A stretch of DNA of 64,000 nucleotides from Anthoceros angustus. Lineage: Eukaryota; Plantae; Anthocerotophyta. Below are positions 10,923 to 23,696 of this stretch, piece by piece (position 1 is the stretch's first letter; each line of letters opens with the position of its first letter). Below the pieces are notes generated by a model that was not told where the DNA came from, did not search any database, and saw only the letters and a list, made by a program, of their open reading frames with translations. The position numbers and the translations under genes are program-made. Location: positions 248,001 to 312,000 of the forward strand of contig MU008207.1 of NCBI GenBank assembly GCA_010909165.1, in the 5' to 3' direction.

Positions 10923-10971
10923 GGGCAGCGGGCAGCGGGCAGCGGGCAGAGGGCAGAGGGCAACGGGCAGC
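10923..10971 (+). repeat. (GGGCAGC)-type heptamer x7, G-quadruplex-forming motif upstream of RPL7A
   Basis: Seven GGG runs separated by 4-nt loops, read directly. Confidence 0.85.
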
Positions 10972-11199
10972 AGTGATAGGTTGTACGGGTTGCAAGAGGC
11001 CACCTTTTTTATACCCCCTTCCTTTGGACTTATGAAACCTGTCAAACAACAACTGGGGTGGAAAAATCACTATGGGACAGAACTTGTACAGCCGTAACTT
11101 GGATGAAGGAGGGTGTACACATACGTATATCTGAACTAAAGAAACAAGAAAAGGGAAAATAAAAGGCGGAGGTTTGACAAGAAAGTTACAGGGGGCCGA

Positions 11200-12170
11200 G
11201 CAAGGACAGCCTGTGATCAAGCATCTCATAAAGACATAGAGCAGAGAGCTTGGGAATATGAAAGGAAAAAAAGCGCGGAAGGGAAAACCCTGCACACTCA
11301 AAAAGGAGAGAGTATTTAGCTCGGATGTCGTTAAAGGCAGGGCAATACAAGAGAAAGTGCATTTCGCATTCCGTAGAAGAAGAACAGAGCCTGCAAATGT
11401 GATCTTCCCGAGGAGGGTCTGGCTCTAGCTAGCGGTCAGTCTCAACCCGGAGCTGACGGGAGCTGACACGAAATTGACCGGATAAAGAGCGAAGCTTGAA
11501 GGACATGGGGGAACTAAGGTAACGTGGCAGTTTCGGGAAGCTAGAAAGGGAAATCACGCGAAATTGCTCCTTATAGTAAAGAAGCTTGGTGGAAAGAGGA
11601 GCTGCAGAGGAAATAGGGTACCAAGTAAGGCGGAGGTATCGGAATTTGATAGCCTTACGGATAAGGTGGTTAGAGGGAGGGGGTGTGGAGGGGGGGGGAT
11701 CGGGTAATTGAAGGGTGGCCAAACAGCGAGAGTAGAAGGACTAAAGTGGTATCGCTTCAGCCACATGGAGGCTTTGGCATACCATTAAGAAATAGAGCCA
11801 TCAGCCCAGAGAGATCTAGATGACCGAAAAGCAAGGAGAAGGTAAGGAGGGAGGTGAGGATTTTGTTGGTCAAGAAGCTGGAGGCGATAAAAGAAAGAGG
11901 ATAGACGGAAGAGACCATCAAGTTCTAAGGGAAAGGCAGCAAATTCAAAGAGAAGGACATGAAAAGGGGTAGAGCGGTTACAGGCGATGTGAGCCCGAAG
12001 GAAAGAAGCCTGTACGTTTTCCACCTTAGGCCAGGAAGAAGGCAGAAGATCAGGGCCCTAGAGTTCAGCGCCGTACATAGTAGATGGGATGACCAGAGAG
12101 TTGAATAGGCATTTCCTAAGGTTGATATCTTGAATATGCATCCTGTATAAGGAGCGAAGCATTGCGAACT
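11200..12170 (-). mobile_element. Degenerate non-LTR retrotransposon (LINE) 3' fragment
   Basis: Minus-strand reading FRVSSRQLRVETDR*LEPDPPREDHICRLCSSSTECEMHFLLYCPAFNDIRAKY, the C-terminal CCHC zinc finger of LINE ORF2. Has an in-frame stop; boundaries approximate. Confidence 0.75.
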
Positions 12171-12567
12171 CGGACGAAGAACCTCATCCCGTCTGATGCG
12201 ATTCACGATTTTTGTAATTTGGTCTCACGCTATGAACTCGTACAAGGGAGTTCGGGCGTGCTCTACACAGGGACAACAAATACACGTCCAAGCCGGGTTT
12301 AACCCCTAAACATCGAACTGACTTAGTTTGAGTCGGTCGGGGCACGTTCAGCTTTCGTCGCTTTTTTGTCTTGGGGGATTTGGCGGTGGGACTTTTGAGC
12401 AAATGATGCTGAGCCCCTTCCACACCGGTGGAAATTTAGCAGAAGAAAAACGGCCATGTCCATCATCTGCTTGGGCAGATGGAAGCCAAAGATGCTTGCA
12501 GAGCCGATGAACCTTGCTTGGGTTAGCTCTAGTCTCCTCACTACGGCATCTTGGGCTTCTTCTCGCA

Positions 12568-13422
12568 TATGGCGCGACTGTGACCCGACGCCAACGGGCG
12601 CGCACAATGCCGTGTCGTTGTAGTAAGGAGTCTGCTCCCAAGGGAATGATAGGCTCCGTTTGCGCGTTTCAATCGATTCTCACCTCACTTTGTGACCGTT
12701 CAGCCACAACACACACATCCGTCATTTTGCGCCTAACTACTCGTAACGTCCACCGAACAGGCCCGGTGTGGCCAAACGTTTAAGGACCCGTTTGCGTCCG
12801 TATCGTTCACGCTCGTCACTCGTTCCTCTAGTCCGTTCCTCTCACCACTCTCACTACACTCATCAACCTTGGGGAAAAACGCGAGTGGCTGCACAGTCCG
12901 GACCTCCTCCGTCGCTCTGCCGGGCCTCTCCGTCCGGGCTCTGCACGCCCTCCCGGAGTTCCTCCCCTCCACGTTCGGTCCGCTCGGGCGGCCTGCTGGC
13001 GAACAAGGGTCCCCAGTCGCTCTTCCACTGCACACACCACTACGTTAGGGTCCATCACGGGACCTTGATCGATCTCTCCGGGGCTGCACCTTTCGATGAC
13101 TCGGGACTCACGTTAGCAGAAGGCGCACAAGGGCGCGAAACGGCATCAACACCAAGAAGATGATTTTCGAGGCACCTCGGCCCTCTTATACTCGCGAAGG
13201 TCGGCGCCTTTATTACACCTCTATTACGGTGAGGGCCAGCTCGTGCTAACCGGCGCCTACTATCCTCCTATTCCTCCTATCTCCATGGTGGTGGTGGGAT
13301 AGCCCCCATTCCTTCTTGGCCGGCCCAAAGCGAGCCACGGCTGCAGGCGCACAATCGGATGATCGCGGTGGGACCCCTCTCTCCAGGGGTCGAGTGCGCA
13401 CCGGCGGCGACAGTGATCACCA
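12568..13422 (-). repeat. 3' LTR of element A
   Basis: Plus-strand boundary T(A/G)TGGCGCGAC is shared with 44103 and 58811. The other end ...CACCA is followed by ctaagtcctcctcctcctctcttatctct (reverse complement of a PPT). Confidence 0.75.
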
Positions 13423-13835
13423 CTAAGTCCTCCTCCTCCTCTCTTATCTCTGGCGGGCCCCTGCGCATGGGCCCTCAAGAAATTTGGATCTGCTGAAATT
13501 TGGTGATTGGTGGCTCTCCCCACTCCCAGTCGGACCTCGGGACCCGTCTCGACTCGAGTCCGGACCTCTAGGTCAGTCTTCCCCTGGGGTCCGGTCTCCG
13601 TCCGGCCTTCTTTGAGTTCGGACCTCGGGGTCGGACTTGCCTCTGAGGTCCGGTCTTGGACCCAGCCTTCCACAGGTCAGGACCTCGGTCCGTCTCGTCA
13701 CTAAGTCTGGATCTCTAAGTCCGGACTTCCTTGAGGCGGACTTGGGGCGGCCTTTCCTCAGTCGGACAAAGTCCGACCGACTCTGGTTACGCCTCCTCAC
13801 GGGTGATCACGGGCTCATCCAGAGCCCTCCCTTGG

Positions 13836-14955
13836 TGACCGTTCACCCACAACACACACATCCGCTCATTTTCGCCTAACTACTCGTAACGTCCATCGAG
13901 CAGGCCCGGTGGAATTAAGGACGTCGCCGTTCGTTCACGCCACTCGTTCCTCTAGTCCGTTCCTCTCGCCACTCTTACTACACTCATCAACCTTGAGGAA
14001 AAACGCAGTGGTCATGCCCCGGACTCCTCGCTGCTGCTGGGGTCTCTCCGTCCGCTCAGACGCCTCCGGAGTTCCTCCGGCTCACACGCTCCGGCTCCGG
14101 CCGACCGCCCGGACGAACAAGGGTCCCCTTCCCCGCACACACCACTACACGTTAGGGTCCATCACGGGACCTTGATCGGATCTCTCGGGGCCATTTTGCT
14201 CAATGACTCGGGACTCACGTTAGCAAGAAGACGACAAGGGTCGCAAGGAAACGCCAGATCAACACCAAGAGAAGATGATTTACTCGAGGCGCCTCTCTTA
14301 TACTACGCGGTCGGCGCTTTATTACACCTCTATTCGAGTGAGGGCCAGCTGTGCCCTAACCGCCGCCTACTATCCTCCTATTCCTCCTATCTCACTGGCT
14401 TGGTGGGGTGGGATGGCCCTGATTCCTTCTTAGCAGGCGGCCCAAAGCCGAGCCACGATGCTGCACCCAATCGATGATCCGCGGTGGGACCCTTCCTCTC
14501 CCAGGGCCAGTCGCGCCACCGGCGGCCTCGACAACGGCGTGTCACCACTAAGTCCTCCTCCTCCTCTCTTATCTCTCGCGGGCCTCGCGCAATGGGCCTC
14601 CAAGGGCCGGGATCTCTGGTGATTGGTGGCTCTCCCCACTCCCGAGTCCGGACCTCGGGACTGCTCGACTGAGTCCGGACCTCTAGGTCCGGCCCTTTGG
14701 GGTCCGGGTCTCTGTGTCAAGCCTTCTTTGAGTTCGGACCTCGGGTCCGGACTTGCCTCTAGGTCCGGTCTTCTGGACCCCCTTCCTCGAGTCAGGACCT
14801 CGTGGTCCGTCACTAGAGTCTGGATCTCTAAGTCCAGACTTCCTTGGGGCGGACTTGAGCCGGCCTTTCTCGAGTCCGGACAAGTCCGGACCGCTGTGCT
14901 CATGGTTACGCCTCCTCACGGGTGATCACGGGCTCATCCACTGAGCCCTCCCTTG
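13836..14955 (-). repeat. Direct tandem duplication (~1.1 kb) of 12692-13835: partial LTR A, PPT and adjacent internal sequence
   Basis: Collinear similarity from gtgaccgttca..cacaacacacaca to gggctcatcca..gccctcccttgg in both copies. Confidence 0.85.
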
Positions 14956-16203
14956 GTTCCCGAATGCGCCGCTGCGCCTTTCCACGGCCTCCCAGTGGTT
15001 CTCCTCCCTTCCTTCCATGCGAGGTGCCAGTGCTTACCTCTCCGAGTAGCCTTTCTCCACCGTCTCCTCCCGCTGCTCTCCCTCGCATTAGGGCCGTCAT
15101 CAAACAGCGCTACTAGGGCCCGTGGTCACAGGTCCGTCCTCCTCCTCCTCCGAGGCCCTTGAAGTCCGCCCTCCCACTAGGGTGGCGGGACCTCCGAGCC
15201 TTGAGGAGCTCTGCGTGGTAGTAGGCGAGTCGGAATCGACTTGTTGAATCGCCTCCTCCACATGAGCCCGCACCCACCGCCTCCTCAGAGAGGTGCTCTA
15301 GGCATGGGCATGTCGTCCCGGCCTGGCAGCCCGTCTCGTGGCCAAGCTTACACGGTGAGGCGGGCGGACTCCCTTGATGCTGCCAAGGCGGCCTCCACCT
15401 CCTGCAGCCTTGCTACTACGTTCTCCTCCTCCCGTTGTTGTTCCGGCTCACTTATGGCCAGCGAAGCTCCCCTTGCTTCCTGCAACCGGACGAGCCGTTG
15501 CTTCTCCTCCGGTGCTTTCTTCCCCTCCGTTTATTCTTTCCGAGGTCCGCTACTTTCTCCAGCGGGCGGTATCCCGTCACTCTGGCTTCCTCCACCTCCT
15601 GCGGCCTCGCGGCGTCGAACTCCTTGCACTGCGCTATTCTCCTCCGTCTTCAAGCGGAGCTGAGGCGTTCTATCTCTCGCCAAGTCTTGGATTCTCTCTG
15701 AGAACCCCGCTCCGTCGTCTTGAGCAGCCCAAGGTATCCTTGTTGCCTCCTCCGCTCCTTCTACCTCCTGCACACCCTGAGGTCCCTCGATCTGTGCCGA
15801 CCTCAGCTCCTCACGGCTCGACTGCTTGCTCACGCGCCGCCGCCTTGTTGGCTGCTACCCAAATCTCCTCCACTCCTGGTTCCGATCGCGTCGATAGTGA
15901 TCCGGCCGACCTTTGCTGTGGCTTCCGCTTCCTGGCCAAGGCTTGAGCCTCACTGGCTCGGCTACCGCCGCCACCCAGCCAGCGAGCCCTCCGCCTCCCT
16001 CAAGGCCTCCTTCGTTGGCGAGATCCTCACTGCGTGGCCTCCTCTCACCACTTGCCACCCACCGAAGAAACTTAGTCGATCTGCCGAATGGACCAGACTT
16101 CCCTTTCGGCCTCCCGGCGCTTCCCCTCCTCGATGCGGTCGAGAGCTTCTGCCTTCCTCCTCGCCTCCTGGGCCGCCTCCATCTGCTCCTGGAGGAGCAC
16201 CAT

Positions 16204-16405
16204 TGTTCGCGGGGTAACCTCACTCACTTAGGGTTTACCCCTGGTTAGTCGTGGTTACTAATTTAGGTTATATGCTGAAGGGTTATCTAGTGAAAGGGGT
16301 GCCTAGCTTAGGTATATACATACCTTGACTATATTTTGTATTCATTCTCTTGCATAATTAATTCTTGCTTTATGCTCTCTTTTTCCTGCTTTACCATTTT
16401 CAACA
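16204..16405 (+). repeat. Copia 5' LTR (202 bp)
   Basis: TGTTCGCG...TTTCAACA, near-identical to 23496-23696. Confidence 0.97.
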
Positions 16406-16417
16406 TGGTATCAGAGC
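16406..16417 (+). promoter_or_regulatory. Primer-binding site complementary to initiator tRNA-Met
   Basis: TGGTATCAGAGC immediately after the 5' LTR. Confidence 0.95.
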
Positions 16418-16764
16418 CATGACAACAAAAGGCTATGGCTCCTGATCCTCATGGCCAGGCTATTCGATACCGGTACCTCGGTCGATCCTGGAGTTTATCA
16501 GAACTGATTCAACAATTATGGGTTGAGGCTGTTGATATATTATTATGACAAGTTTATTTTTTATTTTTTTATACTTGCACAACCAAAGGATCTTATGATC
16601 GTGTATATAGTGTCTCGCCTATGTGCTTGAATAGAGGAACATGCACAAGTCTCGATCTACAATTACCATCCTACATACTTCCGCTGCCTAGCAGGAAGAA
16701 AAAATGAAATTTTAATTTATATGGTCTGATTTTACGGTCAAAAGAAAAAGCAGAGGATTCAACA

Positions 16765-18400
16765 GACTCGCCGCATTTTTCTAAGGCCGGCTGAATTTTA
16801 TTAAATCTACCGCCTTCTCCCCGCACGGTAATCGGCCTATCTACATATAATTAGACACAATTCCAAAATAATGTTTGACCTCTAATTCTAATAGATGAGG
16901 CATTATCTTGCTACCGATCTACACCATATCGCCTCTCGAGGCGTGGTCGTCCTTGCAGACCTACACGCAATGTGAAACAACGTCGGCCGGCTTGAACCCA
17001 GAACTTTATTCTCACGGAACACTCACAATTTGGGCAATGGTGTGGTGGATAACCGTGATATTCTGGCGATTGACAATCTACATGCCCAACTTGTCCATGT
17101 AATCCTTCTGCAGTGAGCTGATTATATGACGGAACCAAGGATTATTACTGCACTGACAATCTCCGCTGAACACAATTTCCCGCAGTTAGTGATACCCTGA
17201 TCTTCATCTGTAAAATTATGGAAGGCCCCAATTCTCGAACCTATCTCTATGTGCCCAAGAAGTGATTGTTCCTCGCCTACCGGCCGCCCACTCTGAAAAA
17301 TCGGATGCAAATCGTTAGGTTTCGCAACAATACGTGAAAGGTGTTTTTAAAATTAGGGTTTGTGCACATACCTGCTCATGTCATTGCTTATTAGAAGCAT
17401 GTCCTTTCCTGTGCCTTTTTTTTTCCTTAGCGCCCTGTCCCTTCATGCTGTTGATGCACCTCTAGATCTGCACATATACACAGAACAGTTAGCCAGCCAT
17501 GCATGGATGACTGGCTGTTAGATGACTTAGCAGAATCCTCCTCCACCTTTTCGGAATCCCGTTTTCTGCTGCCCACATCTTTAACACAGGTGAACCACAC
17601 ATGGCTAATGTTCCTCCACCCCCTTCTCCTCCGCCCCCTCCTCCACCCCCTGGCACATATAATCCTGTCTTCGCCTCTGAATTGAAGGAGAGCCCAGGAT
17701 GACGAATGGGTACGAGGTGTGAGAGTGCGGATGAAGTCGACATTGCCGGAGGAGTTTGGGGTCATCGTTGATGGTTCCATCTCGACTGGGCCCCACGCCT
17801 TCTGTGGAGAGAGGGACAAATGGGCTCATGCTACAGATGGCATAGTTTTCTTTCGCCCGTCTGAGACCTCATTCCTCGATTGAATTCTACTAAGGCCGTT
17901 GAGATCCGTCACAACTTGAAGGCCACATAAGATTAATAACGCCCTCACACTCGCACATTACGTGTGGAGTTCTATGGACTAAAGATGCAGAAGGAGACAA
18001 AATCTCGACACACCAAAGAAATTCGACATCTTCAAGCCCACCACTTACCTCTCTGAGGAACCGTGGATGGACGAGGTGGATGTGATTGCTCACTTCCGAC
18101 TCGCCACTAAGCTACCGGATTTGTGTCTCGCACGTGTCCCCATTCGACAGGCCAAGGCCGCCGTGTCATTTGGGAGGCATGTTACTATCACCTTAGACGA
18201 GGTGATAGGTGCTCTCTTCCGGGAAGAGCGAGTAGGCTCATGTCGAGTCCTGAAAATCAAAGTCACAGAGTTCTCACGGCCTTCCGCAGAGGGCACAAAA
18301 CCATGACACAAACTGGGGACAGTCACCTTAATTTTCACGAATGCCGCTCGTATATTATCGTAATGGCGTTGCCTCTTCTAAACGCCTAGAATTGCAGCGA
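16765..18400 (+). repeat. Deletion-rich tandem duplicate of the Copia leader/gag region (18415-20070)
   Basis: Both copies start actcg..gcatttt..ggctgaatttt and end cctcttctaaacgcc..gaattgca. The first copy has many small deletions. Confidence 0.85.
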
Positions 18401-19246
18401 GGGACTCAACAGGGACTCGTGGCATTTTTCTATGCTGGCTGAATTTTGTTAAAATCTACGCTCTTCTCCACCGCAACCAGGTCGGCTATCTACATATAAT
18501 TATGACACAATTTCCAAAATAATGTTTCAGACCTCTAATTCTAATAGATGAGGTATTATCTTGCGCCTGATCTACACCATAATGCCTTCTCGTGGCGTGG
18601 TCATGAGACCTACACGAGCAGGCTCGTCGGCCAGTGCGGTTGAACCACGGCGGGAACTTTATTCGTGAACACTCACAATTTGGGGCAATGGTGTGGTGGC
18701 CGTGATATTCGCTGGCGCATTGACAATCTACATGCCCAACTTGTCCATGTAATCCTTCTGCAGGTCTTGATTATATGGCCTTGGACCAGGATTATTACGA
18801 GTGACAATCTCTGCTGAAATTTCTGCTGAAATTTCACAGATTGGTGGGCGCCTGGATCTTCTCATTCAGGAATTACAGTGCCCCAACCACCCTGAACCTA
18901 TCTCTATGGTGCAGCCAGCAGTGGGATTGTTCCTGCCTACCCTGCTGCCCACTCCTGAAAAATCGGATGCAAATCGTTAGGGTTTCGCAGTTCACGTGAA
19001 AGGGTGTTTTTAAAATTAGGGTTTGTGCACATACCCGTTCATGCTGTCGTTTGGCTAGAAGCATGTCCTTTCCTGTGCCTTTTTTTTTCCTTAGCGCCTG
19101 TCCCATGCATTGATGCACCTCTAGATCGCACATATACAGGCAGTTAGGACCATGCATGGATGTTGGTGTTAGATGACTTAGCGAATCCTCCTCCACCTTT
19201 CGAATCCCGTTTTGCTGCCCACATCTTTTGCTGCAATTGGAACCAC

Positions 19247-22200
19247 ATGGCTAATGTTCCTCCACCCCTTCTCCTCGCCCCTCCTCCACCCCACAGCACA
19301 TATAATACATCTTCGCCTGAATTGAAGGAGAAGGGATTCTTGGTCAATGCACAGGTGTGGAGAGTGCGGATGAAGTCGACATTGCTGGCCAGAGGAGTTT
19401 GGGGCATCGTTGATGGTTCCATCCCTGAACCAGCTCCCACTGCCCTTCAGGGAGAGAGGGACAAATGGGCTCATGCTAACAGTATTGGCATAGCTCTTCT
19501 TGTTTCTGGCCTGTCTGAGGACCTCATTCCTCAGATTGAATTTCTCACTAAGGCCAGTGAGATCTGGTCACAACTTGAAGGCCAATACAAGATTAATAAC
19601 GTCCTCACACTCTGCACATTACGTGTGGAGTTCTATGGACTAAAGATGCGAGAAGGAGACAAAATTCTCGCACACACCAGCAAATTCCGACATCTTCAAG
19701 CCCAACTTACCTCTCTGGGAACTGTGATGGACGAGGTGGATGTGATTGCTCAGCTTCTCTCCAGCCTGCCACCAAGCTACCAGAATTTTGTGTCTGCACA
19801 CAATGTCCCCATTCGACAGGCCAAGACTGCCGGTGCTGCTGGGAGACAGTTACTATCACCTTAGACGAGGTGATAGGTGCTCTCTTCCAGGAAGAGCAGA
19901 GTAGGCTCATGTCAGGGTCTGGAAAATCCAAAGACAGAGTTCTCACAGCCTTCCGTCGCAGAGGGGCACGAGAAAAACTTCGGACAGTCACGCCAATTTT
20001 CACGGAATACACGTTCAGAAGGCCATCGCAATGAAGCCGGTTCCTCTTCTAAACGCCCTAGGAATTGCAACTGGTGTGGCAAACCTGGTCATTGGGCCAA
20101 TGAATGTTGGAAGAAGAAAGCCGGGGAGCCTCGAAAAATACCTCGGCCCATCTCCAGTGTAGCAGTCAAAGACAGACCTACAGAATCCAACAAATCAGTG
20201 GTTAAAATCCTCACAGTTTGCCTCTCTACCTTAACAGGTGATAGGGCGGCATGGTACCTGGATTCTGGGGCTACTGCCCACATTTGCCGAGATGAATCTC
20301 TGTTTGCATCCCTTACCCCTACTACTGACGTCGATAGGGTTTACCTTGGTGATGAATAGAATTCTACAAGTCTACAAATTCTAGGACAGGGCTCCTGCAA
20401 TTTTAGGCTTCATGATGGTTCCATCCTCACCATAGCAGATGTTCTCTACGTCCCTAGAATGGCAAAGAACCTGCTGTCCTTGAGCAAGCTGCTAAAACTT
20501 AACGGTTTTCAGCTGTCTGCTCATGAGGGTTCGTGTTGTTTCTCTAGGATAGACTCTCCCTCTGTTTGTGTCTTCCAGGCACTACCAGAAGACGACCTGT
20601 ATCGTCTAGATTTTACATGTCTTCCTAGCAGCAAAACTCATGCTTATTCTACAAGTGTAGGTAACCTGACGGCTGCACAGCAATCTATCCTGTGGCATGC
20701 TCGTTTAGGACATGTTAACAGACAGACTTTGGCAGCCCTTAGTAAGGATGACTGCTATCGTGAGCCTCTACCCCATTGCCTCAAGGACTTACCTGTCTGC
20801 GAGACTTGTGCCTTGGCTAAGCAGAAGGAATTGCCTTTTCCTACTGGCCCAGCTCACCGCTCAACACAGCTTCTCGAATTGGTCCATGCTGACATTTCCG
20901 GCCGCCTTCAGGTTTCTTCACTTGGAGGGGCAGATTACTATTTTACAATCACTGATGATTACAGCAGGTTCACATGGACTTTTCCCATGAAGAGAAAGAA
21001 TGAAACTTTTGTCCTGTTGCCCCTGCTGTTGCCCAGGATCCTCCTCCAGTTGCAGAAGATGCTGGCCCACGGCGTTCTCGAGACACAGACCTCCGCCTTC
21101 AGAATGGAAGGAACCTCCCTATTCGAGCATTGATTTTAGACGGCCTACTGCCTCAGCAGTTTCCTCTCCTCCAGATGTGCCTCCGGAGCCCACTTCTCTT
21201 ACGGAAGCTCTCACTGGACCAGACAAGGACAAATGGCAATTCGCTGTTGATGACGAGTACAATAGTTGCCTCAAGAATGGCACTTGGCTTTTGGTTCCCA
21301 GGCCTGCAAACAGGAAAGCTATAACCTGTAAGTGGGTATTTAAACATAAACTCAATGCGGATGGTCATATAGCTCGCTACAAAGCCCGGTTGTGTGCACG
21401 AGGATTTACCCAAGTTGCTGGACTGGATTACCAAGAGACGTTTTCTCCAGTTGTTCGTGCCCAATCCATCCGGATTATTCTGGCCCTTGCTGCTGAATAT
21501 GACCTGGAATTGCAGCAGATGGATGTCTGTACGGCCTTTCTCCATGGAATCCTCGAGGAGGAATTGTACATGGAACAGCCGGAAGGTTACTTTGACCCTG
21601 CACATCCTGACCACGTCTGCTTGTTAATCAAATGTCTGTATGGACTCAAACAGAGTGCAAAACGCTGGTACAAAAGATGTGATACTGCCCTGAAATCTCT
21701 GGGTTTCACACAATGCAAAGCTGACTCAAATGTTTATCTGTTTCGAGATGGCTCCGCTTATGTTATCCTTGCACTTTATGTTGATGATGTAATACTTGCA
21801 GCCAGTAATCCTGCCGTCCTGTCACATGTCAAGACCTTGTTAAGAAACACCTTTGAGATGACTGACAGCGGTGACCTGCTATTCTATTTAGGAATCCAGG
21901 TTTTGCGGGTTAGATCAGAGGGGCTGCTTATTATCCACCAACACAAGTACATAGCAGAAATTCTTCACAGATTTCACATGGGACAGGCCCATCCAGCCAC
22001 TACACCAGGTGCTGTCGGTACAAAACTTACCAGATATGAGTCTCCTACTACGAGATCTTGATCGCGGGACATGGTCGATGTCGTATCGTCGGTATTGGCG
22101 GCTGATCTTCGTCGACAAGCAGATGAGACGACATCCTTTCGGTTAGTACCGTTTCCCAATTTCTTGACAACCCAGGCCATGCTCACTGGACAGCCGTCAA

Positions 22201-22768
22201 AAGAATATTTCGCTATCTACGAGGCACACATTATGTTGGATTATGCTACAAGCGTGGAGGACAGTCTCACCTTGTGCTCGAAGGGCACACGGATGCTGAC
22301 TGGGCCTCGGACAGCGATTCTCGCAAGAGCCTTTCAACATATGCTTTCCTCTTGGCTCAAGCCACAGTGAATTGGAGCTGTAAAAAGCAAACAAGCATTG
22401 CCCTGTCCAGCACAGAGGCCGAGTATAAGTCCCTCACGGATGCGACTAAGGAAGTGGAGTGGGAGCGGTCTTTCTTACATGATTTGGGACAGCCTCAAAC
22501 AGGCCCCACTCACCTGTACTGCGACAATCAGTCGGCGATTGCTCTGGTTGCTAATCCCCGCTTCCACGCTCGCACAAAACACATAGAAGTTCACCATCAC
22601 TATGTTAGAGATGCTGCTGAGAGGGGGTTAGTAAAAATTCTCTATGTTCCGACCGAGAATAACACAGCAGACATCCTAACTAAGGCTCTCTCCAAAGACA
22701 AGCATCAGAAACATATGCAGGGCCTTGGGCTGATGAACTTCCAGAGTTACTTTAAATCAAACACATGA
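19247..22768 (+). pseudogene. Copia gag-pol (gag, zinc knuckle, protease, truncated integrase, RT, RNase H), frameshifted
   Basis: VWRVRMKSTLLARGVWGIVDG (gag); CNWCGKPGHWANEC; WYLDSGATAH; LWHARLGH...CETC; HADISG..ITDDYSR; RYKARLCARGF; QMDVCTAFLHG; LYVDDV; DADWASD..SSTEAEY..DNQSAI..TKHIE..ADILTK. Confidence 0.92.
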
Positions 22769-23495
22769 CATGCTGCAGGCAGGCTAGGACTTACGGGTGA
22801 GGCCCGCGTCCTCAGATTTGTGGAGTGTGTAGTCTGTCCTGTCCCTCTATGCTCTCATGTGCCTACAGGTTGAGCGACAGGGAGGGTTAGCCACAGCTCT
22901 GCAACAATCTGAAAAACAGTACCACGTCAGGTGGATGAAGCTCGACGCTGATCCAATCACCTGTACAATGGTTTGCCACAGCCGCCGCCTCTTCTGCTTG
23001 CAGTATTTTCAATAATCCCAGCAACCTTTGCGCCTCCTGCAGCGGCCTCAGCAATCTGGTCTCATCTCCAGTATCCGCCGGCAGCTCTTCTTCTCTCCCG
23101 GGTTTCGTCCAGCACAAGGTTATGTTGAACATGACTTTCCAGCCCCCAATCCTCAGGCTGGTTCCCGCTATGTGGGTTTCATCCCACTCCTCCTTCCTGG
23201 GCGCCGGAGCGTTTCCTGACTCTCTTGCTCTCACCTACTACTCCCGCTAGGCGACTCTGCATCGCGTGTACGGAAGGATTGCCCTTGCAACTTGGGCGCC
23301 TTGAAGGTGCCGGGAATCTTCAAGTAGGCGGCCTTGCAAGATTTATCGTCTGCTCCATCTCCGTCCAGCTCACGCGTCCTTGTGTAGTAATTGCAGCTCG
23401 TTATGCCTAGTGCCCGTCTCTGCCTCGTGATCGTCCTCTGCCTGCTTCGCTAGACCCGTGTTCAGTCCCCTAAGCTCGTCTCGCTTAAGAGAGGG

Positions 23496-23696
23496 TGTTC
23501 GCGAGGTAACCTCACTCGCTTAGGGTTTACCCCTGGTTAGTCGTGGTTACTAATTTAGGTTATATGCTGAAGGGTTATCTAGTGAAGGGGTGCCTAGCTT
23601 AGGTATATACATACCTTGACAATATTTTGTATTCATTCTCTTGCATAATTAATTCTTGCTTTATGCTCTCTTTTTCCTGCTTTACCATTTTCAACA
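23496..23696 (+). repeat. Copia 3' LTR (201 bp)
   Basis: Preceded by a PPT, followed by TSD ACCAT. Confidence 0.97.

Larger units (their letters stand above)
16204..23696 (+). mobile_element. Ty1/Copia LTR retrotransposon, recent insertion nested in element A; integrase internally deleted
   Basis: TG...CA LTRs 16204-16405 and 23496-23696 differ at ~4 positions. 5-bp TSD ACCAT (16199-16203 / 23697-23701), PBS TGGTATCAGAGC, PPT AAGAGAGGG. Host sequence is contiguous across the site when compared with 46.5-46.8 kb. Confidence 0.97.
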
